A stretch of 64,000 nt of DNA from Balanoglossus misakiensis (lineage: Eukaryota; Animalia; Hemichordata). The translations under genes were made by a program, and so were the position numbers. This document shows, one piece after another, positions 26,023 through 38,823 of this stretch. The stretch is from NCBI GenBank assembly GCA_040954595.2, contig CM082582.2:10469483-10533482 (forward strand), in the 5' to 3' direction. The notes below the pieces were generated by a model. It was not told the origin of the DNA, searched no databases, and saw only the letters and a list, made by a program, of their open reading frames with translations. How positions within the stretch are numbered: the stretch's first letter is position 1; each line of letters opens with the position of its first letter.

Positions 26023-28659
26023 ATGGTGGACCGCCGAAGGAAATCATGGCGTTGTTACCTGTGCAACATGGCGCCGAGGTTTGCCTTGCTTGTCGGCGTT
26101 GTACTTGGAATGATGATCGAGAGATTGGTGAGATATTTCTAGTTTTGATATTTCGTTATGGTTTGCTATAGACATGGCAAAATAGGTGTAAATTCGGTGT
26201 GCAAGTAATCGTCAAGACAGTCCTAACATTTGTCTTGTGATAGTGGGTGGCCCTGCGCAAACTGCAAGATTTGTATAATCGATGTCTCCCCGTAACTCAT
26301 TTGGTTGCAACTGCAGCCAGATTTGACCCTGTGTGAACTTTTGCGGGCACAGTGTTGTTGGTATGCGTATGGGAATGGTTAATACTGTGGTAGCTCCATG
26401 GTACACGTGGTATGCGAGCATAGTCGTACGAGAGAGACTCTCTCTCTTGCTAGGCGTGCGTATTACAGGGTCACGTTCCGCCAGCCCCGACGGTGACACC
26501 TGGCAGACATTCCTAGCCCAGTGGCATAATAACCAAAGCAAGTATCCATGCATGCTTCACCGTCATGTAGTTATAGAGCGTCTGCCACGTAAACTGAGTA
26601 AACTTGGACGGTCTTTGTTCTATTGGCAGGAACTTCACGAATTGGCCGTTTCTTACGGACAAAATTACGTCGCATTCAACAGGGCGGCGAGGCTCGGTGA
26701 AAAGTCAGACGAAACCGGTGCAGCCCCGCTAACGAAACTACAAACATCTGCAGCGAATAACGGCCAGCCGTTTGTGGTGAGCATCGCGGACCCTGAAAAC
26801 ATTACGTCACCGCTGAAATCAAGGTGAGGTGACGCTGTTATCGGGACATTTACTTCTAAGAGTTTTAAATCATCAATAGGGCGAGTCTTTTTCGTTTTGC
26901 GATCTTCTTTCCATCTGACCGTATCTCTTTCAGGGTTAACCTTTTTCAAAAAGAAGGTGACGTGAAGGTCGGCGACTTCGTCCACGTGGTGATCGAGTCA
27001 CGTGATTCTAACGGCAGACCCAGGAACGTCGGTGGCGATTTTTTCTTCGCCGTCATGACCGATTCACTGTCCAGGCAATCAACCGCGGGCAGGGTGGTCG
27101 ACCACAGGAACGGTTCATACAGCGTGTATTTCTACGCGGGCTGGGTGGGGACCGCGTACATATCACTGACGCTGGCGCACCCCCGGGAAGCCGTCGATTG
27201 GATAGACAACGTGTACCGCTCCAGCGAACGCAACGTTGATTGGACGGCTTACTATGAAGACGCCGTCAGCGGCGTGACGGAGCAGAGCACCTGCTACCTG
27301 TTGCGAAATAACAAGCGATCGGATAAGTGCGAATATCGGAACGAGAAGGCGATGGGGAAGACAGTGTACGTGTGTGACCGACCAGCAACACTGCCTTGTG
27401 AAAAACTGAAAACCGTCACTTGTGCCATTGAATCGCTGGCAAACCATGTAGAACGCAAACTTTCATGCGAGCAAAGATTTTTGTTTGAAAGGTATGTGTG
27501 TCAGTTTAATATCAAGAATTAATTTTCAAATTTTCGAATGTAGTAAGTACTATACATTGGCGTCATTCAACTTTTTTACACATTCTGGAAGGGATTCATC
27601 AAATGCCTGTTATAACTGAACTTTTCCCCCCTCTTTGTTTCTGTTGCTGACAGCCCTTACTTGATGACGTCACTGAAAGGAAGTCCGTTTTGGATCGAAA
27701 CAAAAGGTATGTGAGAAAATAGAGGGGAGAGCTCTACCATAGAAGACACGCACATGCAAGTTCAAGTTGAAAACTTTCAGTGTTAGTTTAGTAAAGCGTG
27801 GTTACTAGTATAGGCAGTAAACGGAACGTAAAAGCTTACGTCGGAACCTGTGGATTTATTGTGAAATGTTCGATATTCACATTCTTACATTTCAGAATCG
27901 GATAATGACGTCATAGACATTCGATCTACCCTGCCAGAGTGTGGGCCCGATCTTCCGATACCTATTTCAGATGGATTCTGGGAGACTTACAACACGTGGA
28001 CATCTCTGGCTTGTAGAACGCGACACTGGACTGGGGAAGCAATGAAACGTTGCCTCGCGGGAAAGACGGTGTACATGATTGGTGACTCGACGCTCAGACA
28101 GGTGTACGAGTCCCTCACCCTTGTCATTGGACAGAAAATGGACTTCGATATCATTCGGCAGTATTGGAGCGACCCGAAGCTCAAAACGACTCTCATCTTT
28201 GAGTTTCACGCCGTCATAGTCGGCACTTACATGCTGGACTTTTGGGGTCAAAAATTTGAGACGGACATCTTGGACGGCTTCACACATTGCAACTATGTCG
28301 TAGTCATCAGCTTGACTCATCACCTGGTCACTTGGACCGTGGAATCTTACACCGAAAGGCTGCTGCGCCTGCGTGCGGCCATACTTCGCCTAAAAACGCG
28401 ATGCCCGGATGTTGTTATCGTGGTGAAAAGTTCACACCCCAGGGACCACGCCTTCCCGGGATCGCACATCCACAGCGCCGACTGGACACTCTTCGACATG
28501 AACCGAATTCTCCGAGAGACTCTGGGAGGCATCGGAGTGAGGTTCATGGACGTGTGGGACATGGCGCTGTCATTCTGGGGTCCAAACAGCATTCACCTGC
28601 CGAGGAAAGTAGTTCGCCAGCAAGTTGATTTACTCTTGTCGTACATCTGTGCAGCGTAA
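26023..28659 (+). CDS. NXPE family (neurexophilin/PC-esterase, SGNH) type II membrane protein, NXPE3-like
   Basis: Exons 26023-26127 (basic tail plus TM FALLVGVVLGMMI), 26630-26823, 26934-27491 (VGD..HVVIESRDSNGRPRNVGGDFF..., GRVVDHRNGSYSVYF, LTLAHPREAV), 27654-27706, 27896-28659 (CLAGKTVYMIGDSTLRQ, RCPDV.IVVKS, DVWDM...IHLP). All phases consistent. Confidence 0.93.
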
Positions 28660-28934
28660 TACAGAGGTCATGACCCAAGAGGAAAATAAGCGCTTCATGT
28701 GAATCTACTATGCAACCATTGTACACAGTGCAACTGATGGGGAAGTTTGATGTAAGTTGTCTTGCGTATCTCTTCTGGCGTGTTTACCACCCTGAAGTGG
28801 GGAACTATGACTGTGAGAAAAAAGGGAAATTTATTCAGGAAGTTCCGAGCTTCTAGGACACGAACACGTCGTATCACGAAGCCTTGTATCTCTTGACGGC
28901 ATAAGAGTTTGCTGCACATGTCTGAATCATGATT

Positions 28935-31900
28935 TCATAGGTTATGTGGTGGCGCCCTGCTACTTCTTGACCCTATGGGCTCTAGAGGTCGCGGCGCCGG
29001 AAAGTCAGTTGGCTCATTTCCGCTGACGCAACGGTCGAGGCTGTACGGTGATGGTGATGTACCGTGGTCATACGCCGGGTTGGTTGACGCGTACGGTTGG
29101 TATGGCGGCGGGTTGACGTCCTCATTCCGAGGTCGCGTCTGCTGACCTCCGCCAGGTGCTGAGTATCCGATTGGTGGCAGGCGGTTTCTTGGCAAAACAT
29201 TCGCTGTGTATGGTCTGCCAGAAATTAAGAATAATGATGTAAGTAAGGATTTTGTTATCAAGAAAACACGAATGACGCTTCTTCACACACCGTACCGGGG
29301 AATTTTAGGTAGAAATCACATTATAGCCAAGTCATAGCCGGGTTGTATAAGCTCAAGAGGAGGGTCGTCTGAATTGCGCATGTGCGACTTTTCTGCTTGT
29401 AAACACACCATCAGCATTGTTCCCACAGTTCAGGGAGAAAATGCAAAAGTGACTCACCCCGTCGTTTCTGAGGTGAGATCTGGAAAGGCCTGAGGTGTGG
29501 ACGCTGTTGACATTGATATGACCTCATGTCTGGGCCCCAGGGGTGACGTAGGCAATTTCTTCTTCTTGAAGTAGGCGACAATGCATGCGACGACGATAAT
29601 GAGAACCACGATGAAAACCGAGACGCCCACTATTATTCCGATTTCGCAATCTATAGATTGGAGAAATGGCGAAACAGCAAAATGAGAGATGGATGGATTT
29701 TGTATAGCCTCTATCTGGACAAGAGCAGCAAATAAACAGCCAAGTTAGGGAGTCCGTTCAGATCAGACTGTCTATTTACGGTTACCTGTGGTGTTCGAAC
29801 ACTCCACTTCATCCGAGCCATCTCCACAGTTGTTGTATCCATCGCAACGTAATATGTTCGACACACAGCGGTCATTTCCACAGTGAAAATCGTTCCGGTA
29901 ATTGCACCTTTCCCATGAATCTGTCGAATGCCAGGAACAGGATAAACGATGATACAAACAAAAGTATTACGTTCGATAATGTCTTTCGGAGTTGTGTTGG
30001 GTATTAAAATATTCTAAAATCTTATATAATGAATATGAATATTTTGTGCGGGACCAAGGTTCTCCTAATAAACTTACAGGCTTCACTGTACACGGAGAAC
30101 ACTGCTTTGAATCCATTGTCGTCTGAAGACGGTGTGTACGTGATAGTCACGCGTTCACCCGGGTTCGTTGTGATGGTTATGTTGTCGTCAACGCAAAAGT
30201 CTATCTGTTGCTCGTTAGAGTCTGTCACCACCATGACGTCACTTCCGCTCTGACAACCTGAAAGTGAAGACGCGAGATTGACACACACTCGCACTAACAT
30301 GTATTTATCACGTGCCATTATTAAACGTACCCAGCAGAGTTGCACATTACGTTTTACACTCGAAACATGTCCGAGGCGATAAATGGCTTCGTCTGTATAA
30401 TTTATCGGCCGACATGTGAATGCAACCGTGCTGCGCGAGGTACTTACCGTCGCCGTCGAGGTTGATGAATTTTAAGTAGATTTGGTCGTACTTTCCAAAT
30501 GGATAGATTGCAAGAGTACAGGCATCCGAGGGTGAATGATCGTTTTGATTGATATCACCCGCCACTAAGGTTCCTCCGAGTGACGTCACCGAATTTTGGT
30601 CGCTGCAGACTGAAGCAGAGATAGACGTGTTAATTGATTGTGCACGAAACTGAAGAAAAAAAATCCAATTTGGAAATGCAAGTCAGGTTTTATCGCTCAA
30701 TCCTCATGATCTCACTAACAGGTTTGTCCAGGCTCATTATACATTGTACGTGACTGCCATGCCCCAAAGTTCGCACCTGAATAAGGCTTGTAGTGGTCTT
30801 TCATCACTGCCGTGTAGAGGGCGTAAAAACCCTGGTAGTTGGTGGAGGCATCCGTTTGCAAAGACACGACCAAGTCTGGACCAGTGGAAAACAAAACTGG
30901 CGGTGTGACGTCACCAGTGAAGTGTCCAATCACCGTTGCCGACACAGTACTGCCATCGTAAACCCGAACTTTATCCCAGTTGTATTCCACGTGGAATTGT
31001 GTAAATTGTAACTGTGAATTTAGGAAAATGAAATCGTTCATATGTGTAGCGCCAATCTATGTTGGAAGTTTCGTTGCCATATTGAATAGGGGAGAACACA
31101 ATAACGATTCGGTTTTAACTGAAACTTGGCCTCACCTGGATCACTCTATCAGGTAACACGGAGATGTAATAGTAACACATTGCGTTGTCTGGATAGTAAG
31201 CCGGATAATCCGGCGAGGTGAAGACGCCGACGTTAGCGATGAACGTCCCGCCGCAGACCCCCACGCCGACAGGGTCATCGGTGGCTCGGTATCGGGCGTG
31301 GAACCCCCCGTAGTTTCTGTCGAAGTCCGACTGGAACACGACCAGCATCGTGGGACCGGACGAGCGAACCGGCGGCGGTACCGAGTAGCCGGAGAACGTG
31401 TCGATCAGTAGACTCGTCGTGGAACTGCCGTCGTAAATCTTGACGACGTCGTAGAGAAACTCCGTCGAAAATTCTTCGAATGTGAGCTGGAGAGGAAATC
31501 GTGGAAAGAGAAATGTCATGAATACATACGTGACTATATTATGGTATAAGAAACACCAATTAGAGTTTACTTAATATTTTATATTATTTATAATTTACAC
31601 ATGAGACATATATGTACGTGTATTTAAATGCATTTCTCTTACCTCAATATATCTTTCTGCAGACACTGATATGAAATATTCACATTGGTTGTCGTCATAA
31701 TAGTTGCTAGGGTAACCAGGCGATGTAAATCCACCTTCCTCACCGATAAACGTCCCTCCACATTCGGTGATTGTTCTTCGAACTATGTCAACACGACCGG
31801 AAAATGTTCGAAAGGAGAAGAATGAAAAAGAAATTAGAATTCCTGAAATTGAAGCAGTAAGTAGGGCGCATTTGTTATGCTTATTTGGTTATTTCCGGTT

Positions 31901-32587
31901 TAATTCACCTTCTAGGCCACCGAGCTCATTTTGATTTCAACCAATTTATTTTTATAAGACACATTTGTGTACTTCTAAGGCTGATCATTGTAGCTGGCAC
32001 GCGGCTTTGGTTTAGCTCCAACTCTCATTCCGCCATGACAAAAGTAAATCGATTGAACATTAGAACATAACTAAAGCTGGTAGGCCTACTTGTCCATCGC
32101 CAATGCAGCGTGGGTTGTGTCAGTGGAACCTTTTCACTGATTAGGTGTTGAACACAGTCTGTTGCGCGAATTTCCGAACAGTATGCTCTGACATCAGGGA
32201 TATGTACAGATTAAAAATCTGTGTCAGTACAGAAACGCGAGGTCGGCCGCGGGTTGGGCGATGAGGTTTTTTTTATATCAGGCTACAGCCTAAAATAGTC
32301 ATCGCAGTGGTCACAAAATCGGCGAAAGTGGCCATGAATTCGTCAAGCATATTAAACAAAAATCTGATTTACAGAAATATCGCAACGTATCACGGTATCG
32401 ACACTGATATCAAACGCACTGACTGTCAGCAATGTGAGGCTCGGTTAGACTTACCTCTGTGGCGGTGATAGCCGTTGATGTTTGTTGCCTGCGTCAAAGT
32501 GTCGTTGTCACTACCATCGCCGGCCCCGGACTCGCCGAGAGAGAAGATGATGAAAACGGAGAAAACATTTCCCAAAAGGACCCGCAT
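28935..32587 (-). CDS. Type I membrane receptor: signal - CUB x3 (third divergent) - LDLa - TM - tail with PPxY and NPxY
   Basis: Exons 32587-32455, 31782-31643, 31486-31136, 31011-30777, 30609-30448, 30257-30078, 29920-29786 ([27 protein letters not shown]), 29650-29458 ([31 protein letters not shown]), 29214-28935 (PPPY, NPAY). Confidence 0.9.
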
Positions 32588-33228
32588 CTTCTACTTGACG
32601 AGATGCGAAATTCCGACAGGATCGCTTGTGATGATCAAAGAATGTGTGCGCATGCGTCTTGTTGAAACAACCGTCAAAAGAGACAAATTGTCGTTTTGTT
32701 GCTGTGCACTGTGCCCTCCAAAATGGCGTCTGAATTCAAAAGAGAACACGCAACATTTGTGTGGGTTTACTTCATATGAAAACAAATCTAAATCTTTTAA
32801 TGAATCGAAGCTTAGCGGTTCTATAAGCTACAGCGAGCAATCACTGTCACACGCCCTTTGAAAGTCTCTCTTGTATCATCCATCACACAGCTGACGCGGT
32901 AACGCACCGACATTTTGTCAACCATTTCTGTACACAGAGCACGAACGTGTACATGTAAATCCACTTGAAATGTATTAAAATAGGGCATTTCTATTACCGG
33001 TGAATCCTAAATATACTCGAATAAGTCAAGTGCAAAAGTGAAATTGTTAAGTGCGTTTTAGGAACGTTGGACGAACTACAGTCCCTGATACAGTGACTGT
33101 GGATGAACTCAGGCAGTGTAGGTTATTGATACAGAATCAATTAATTTAATTGGCGGAATGCGGCGGCTTCGGGCTACAGCGGACAACCCACTCCGTTGAC
33201 TAGCGTTATTGTCGGAGTATGTACTGGT

Positions 33229-33242
33229 GTCTCCATGGCAAC
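33229..33242. promoter_or_regulatory. RFX X-box (GTCTCCATGGCAAC) upstream of the CUB-LDLa gene
   Basis: Full match to the X-box consensus; ZNF143-like ACTACAGTCCC nearby at ~33075. Binding not shown. Confidence 0.5.
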
Positions 33243-34079
33243 GTCAATAATTCATAACACAACATTATTGTGTTGGTGAATATAACTGTTCCATTTCATC
33301 GATTTTGTCGTCAATAGTCGCGACGCCCAATTAGCTCGCATTACAGGCTAGTTGTTTTCAAAAAGTAGGCTTCTACAGACTGTTGTGAAATTTAGATAAA
33401 TCGGAGAGTACCAGCTGACTTATCTCGTTTCGTTTCGGTTCACGTTTCCTAAAAATAGACAATAATCGACAGTTGCATGTGGACGAAATTCATAATCAGG
33501 CGCGGACATCACTTTACGTGTACGCCTTTGTAGTATAATTGTGTGCGAACATGAATAACTAAAATACGTCTACAACATCATGCCATAATCCGATTGGATG
33601 TACGACAAAAGCGCTACAGCTGCAGCACTCGAACATTTATTATACAAACAAATATCCAGTTTTCAATGTGGAGAGCGAACCTGGCTCATCAAATATCGTG
33701 AAAGTCATACATCAAGGCAAGATTTGGCACAAACTCTAACATTCTTACAGTCTCTAACCCATTTAGGTAGTCTACTAAATTATAAAAGAAATACTGGCCT
33801 GTTTATACAAACGCGCAAGTAAAATACAGCAATTAATGTTATAGTGCTCGTATGGTTAAAACATGGAATGAAATTATTTAACTTACAATGTTCAATATAT
33901 GTCACACGATGTTTTGAAAAACTGGTTATTGCGAGTTTCATAATGCTTCAAAGTATAGAATTATTATACTAGTTCTCAAAATATGTACATGTAAAATCAT
34001 TTATACGACAAATACTAGCACTGGTTCATTCAGTTCACCAACACACGACACGGATTTACAGCCTGGTGACATGTTCTGG

Positions 34080-37000
34080 TCAGTCAGCATTCTCATACGC
34101 GGCATTTTGGAACGTCTGCGGTTGGCGATTGTCGCTGTCCGATTTGGTGGCTGGGATCTGGCCTGGCTGGCCGGACATGGATTTCCAGTATTTGCTCGCC
34201 TTCGTCGCTTCTTTCCTGCGATAGATGAGCAGAAGTCCCACGAAGGCCAGCAGACAGACGAATGCGATCGCACCAACAACCGAGCCGGCGATTGCCGCTG
34301 TTCTTGACGCGTCGCTTCCCGACGGCGGTCCTGCAATGTACAAGAATGTAGATCCGATATTGAAGCATTTTAGTTTAGATTTGACAATCTTACCTATCCA
34401 CTGTTTTGAGTCAAGTTCCTTGTTTTACTCCCTAAAGGTATTTGCTCTTTATTATGGCCATCATGATATTATCACTCCCAAGGGAATTATGGTGAAAAGT
34501 GTCTCACACGCTTTAAACCTACGTTTTATTTGCACCAAGGTGACATTGAAACTGCAAGATGCCGTGTTTTCCGATGAGTCTTTAGTCGTGGCCGTGACCG
34601 TGTGTGGCTCTCCATCCGATGTCACTGTTGATCCGTTGCTCATACTGTACGACATGGCATCGGTTGGATGAAGCATGGCGTTGTCCGTGGCAACGACGGG
34701 TGGCCAGATGAGGGCGTCGTTGGCTTCGTAGGTTTGCACGATGACATTTTCGGGGCATGTTATCTCCGGGGGTTCCTCATCTAAGGGTACAGCGATGAGG
34801 GGTGGATGGGGGTGGCAGATAGAGAGAGATAATAATTATTACGCAACAATAATTTTACGTGTACTGAAATCATGTCTTTGAGATTTCTACCACATTTCAC
34901 TCTTAAACAACGAGAGTTCGCTAACCTATCAGTTTGATGACGAAACTGCAAGATGCGCTGTTCCCATTGGAGTCGGTGGATTGCAACTCGACGGTTTTGC
35001 CGGCCTGGAAATCAGCGGAGAACACTATAGTTCCCGGCAATGATACCGCAGGATCGGTGCTCTGGACCTGTAGAGAGCGCTGTTGCCAGTCCTCTGCCGA
35101 AACCACGTCGCTGAGGTTAACGATCGAGATCGAGTGCTGTCCGAGGGGTAGAACGAATTCCACTGCTTCTCCAGTTGGACATTTGGTGAAAAATGGCACT
35201 AGAAAAACAACAAATAAACCGCGCTGGCTTGTAACGTCATGTGCCCATTTAGCTGAACTGGTGAGGGCGCATCATTTTATTGTGCAAAATAACTCGGAGA
35301 TTTTTTGTGCTCACCTGTGTTTTCACAGTGTTCTCCTTGGTAACCTGGTCGGCAGTGACATTGATATCCACTCAGCAGCGTTTCGCAGGTCGAGTTATGT
35401 TCACACGCGGCGTCCTCGCAGAAGTCGATCTGCTCCTCGCAGTGGACGCCTTGGTAACCGGCCCAGCATTGGCACACGTAGTAGTTGACGCGGTTCGTGC
35501 AGCGCCCGGCATGTTGGCACGGGTTCGAGGCGCAGTTATCGACCATGGTCTGGCAGTCTTCGCCTTCCCATCCTGCCGCGCAGGTGCAGTTGAACGTTCC
35601 CGGAAGATTCTCGCACACTTGGTTTCGGAATGGGCAACTACTCGAGTTTAGACACTCGTTGACGTCTGCAAGTACAAATAAAGCGTTTTGTGATTCATTA
35701 TAGGCAAATTACTTGCCAATATTTGGTGAAAATACACATTTGGCATTGTTTAGACCCATGGATGTTCTCTACTTACCGCACGTAACTGCCTGACAGGCTG
35801 TTAAATTTCCCCCACCCAGCCTCACTAAGTCGAACTCAGGGTTCGGGTCGTCGCCTATCTCTAACTTTGCACACAGCTGCAGACCATCCGAGGAGCACCA
35901 AATCTCATCCCCGTCAATCGAATAATCGATGCCATTAAAGTTAATTACGTCACCAGGGGCGAGCGGCTGGTCTTCTTGATCTGACGTCAGTTCCGGTGTG
36001 GCCGATGCGTACACGGTGTCTGCGCCATCGGCAAGATACGTCGTTATTTTCCACAGGCCGGTGCCAAAAATATCGATAGAAAGACTACTCGAAGTCGCTT
36101 GAAAGTTGACGGTGCCGTTGTTTACTCTTCCCGTCACGAAGTCACCGCCAGATGTTACTGTTATTTCTAAAGTTATGATAATGACCACTGAAAAAAAAGA
36201 TAGTGCCAACAGTTAAAATTATTATATGAAATATTTAGCAGATTGATATCAATCCATCTGGTGACTAGGCCCTTATGGAAAAAAGAGAGCGTGAAAATTA
36301 TGTACATAATAGAGAACAGAATACTCTCTCCCCTCATTCCCCGGCCCCTCTCTGATGGACCCCCCGCCCTTGCAAAATTACAACACAGACAGTTCAACCT
36401 CACCACTGCAGTGTGGCAACGGATCCAGCCAGACGCCATCTTGACACGTGATCGGATTTCTACCAACCGGAGATCGTCCGTCGTCACAAGAGAACAGGAC
36501 CTGACCGCCGTGTATATAAGTACCGCCCGCTTCTTGATGCCCGTTGTCAGGGGAACCGGGATCTTCGCAGTTTTCTGAAATGGTGTAAATTATGGAGAAA
36601 GCGAGTCAATAGATTGTAGCTCCCCCTCCCTCCCCCCCCCGGCTGTCTCTCACTCCCCTCCCCCCCCTGTCTGTCTGTCTGTCTGTCTCTCTCTGACGTC
36701 ACTTACTGTGGCAAATTGGTACTGTACCAGTCCACTGCCCTCCTTCAAAACACGTGATCGTCAACGGACCTTCAACGAGAGTGTTCGGGTCACACTCGAA
36801 GACGATAACAGCGTTGAAGGGATACATGTCATAGGGTTGCGTTGGCGGCGTCGAGGAGTGGGAACCCAAAGCAGGTTCCCCTGGATCGACACAATTCTCT
36901 GGAAAAAGATAAAAATAAATTCATAATAATATCTTTCTATTTCAAGTGTCATGAACGTAACCATTGCAACCCACATTAGACACGAATAGATGTCACATGT

Positions 37001-38823
37001 GTAACGGACCTCGTATAATATTCATGGGTGTCATTGTACTGTTATTTTCATGACACGGCGTATTATTTTTAACATAATTACCACTCGAAGTCTGGACCTT
37101 GTGAGTTCAATTACCATGCCCTTGCAAATGTACTGGTCCTGAAGTTACAGGGCTGACAACGACGTTGAATATTTGAATAATTCATAAAATATTAAGTTTT
37201 AATTTTAATTGGTTATTTGTTGAGGGTTCGTGACCTAATCGTGAAAATGATCATGCAAACAAGATTAGACTAGCGCGAGATTTATGGGACTTTTAATTAT
37301 GTACAGGCCTTGGGTGTTGTCACAGGTTTGTGGATTTGCGCCTAATCCACCCGACAACCTACATAACTGTATACGTACAGTTATGTGTTAGTGACCACCT
37401 CTATGCAGTGAAAAACGTGCCTATATGCACGTACATTATCCGACCTGTCTATAAAGGTCACCTGTCTATATAAAACCCAGTTTTGGAAAGTCCTTCGACC
37501 GGCCACTACAGACAGGTTGGACAGAGAGGTAAACTAGTGATACTTACCATGGCAAACTGGTAGACTCGTGGCAAGTTCAGGCATGAATGATGTAGACACG
37601 CAGTAAAATGCCTTGATTCCGACCAGTGTATAATTTACGTTGCATTTTATGTGAAGTAGCTGCATCGACCCTACCGTCGTGGGGTTTCCTTCGAAATAAC
37701 CATTCTCTTGGGGCGCTACTAACACGTCACAATCTGGAGAAAAAATGTATAAAAACATCATCATCGACTCGCTCTCTCTCCAATGTCTCATGATCTCTGA
37801 TCTCAGAACACAGTTGAATGACAGACATATTGGCCCCTAATAATGAACAGTCGACGTCACATTATCTAGATGATTAACGCAACAGGTGGTTGGAAAACTT
37901 TATGCGCAACCTTCTCAGTTGTCATCGTGACTTTTCACCCGATGTTTTCAGCCTCACATTACACCTCCTTTCTTTGGTATGCAGCGACATTGACACGTTT
38001 TAAACATGGTCACCTTCTGTATGTCTGTGTTTCGTGACACTGTGTCAAGGTCAACACAGAGGATTTTTTGACCTCACTAACAAAATATGACTTTTTGATG
38101 TCCTGAAATAAGACGATTTCTGCTATAGTGACGTGATCGGTATGTGCGGTACAGTGGGCCCGATCGACACACGTTATGGGATGCTTGCAAACTTGTGACG
38201 TTCACTCTGTCAACATGGAGTGCACTAAGTAATTTATAACATCGCCGACCCCACCCGCATTTTTAACTTTCACTGCGTATTTGCCTACTGTTGCTACGTC
38301 AGTCCAAGGCCCTTGTGCGGTAAGCATATGCAAGTTGGTGACAAAATAATATATATATATCTATACTCGCCGCAAGACCACATTAAATATAGTATTGTGT
38401 ACATGTATTTACTTTAGTGTTGATCCAACCTGAATTTTATGGTTCAGTAAAAATAGTACGTAGTTAGTTTGAATTGGAGGGTAAGCCACACTTTTCTCCC
38501 TACTTCAATTTGAACTGGACACAAGAGGAACGTTACTTGTCCGTTCTCAAAGAAAACACAATTTTAGACAAAACAGAACACGTGCCTTGAGTTACGAGGC
38601 ATAACTGCGGTCTTCATGGCAGACGATCGGTAATTAGCGCAGCCATCTAGATAATATCGATCGGCGATACACGAATAGCTACGAGTTTAGCACGGATGCT
38701 GTGTCTTTAGGGCATTGTTATTTGAGTCCACGTACACCTACCTGTTGACACCAGCCGCAATACCTGGAACAAAAAGATCACCTGGAGTAAATATCTGCCC
38801 ACACCGAAGCTCACACCGGCCAT
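34080..38823 (-). CDS. Type I membrane protein: signal - Sushi x3 - unnamed 137-aa domain - EGF x3 - HYR x2 - TM - short tail (FQNAAY)
   Basis: Exons 38823-38742, 37733-37548, 36898-36707, 36574-36404 (CCP modules), 36187-35777, 35665-35315 (DVNEC... three EGFs), 35198-34926 and 34780-34523 (HYR: DEEPPEITCP...ATDN...TKDSSENTASCSFNVT), 34330-34080 (TM). All introns are phase 1. Confidence 0.9.
37361..37523. mobile_element. Degenerate MITE / non-autonomous DNA transposon remnant (intronic)
   Basis: Perfect hairpin ACATAACTGTA-tacg-TACAGTTATGT, repeated acctgtctata units and a near-complementary terminus (acagacaggttggacag). No transposase. Confidence 0.45.
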
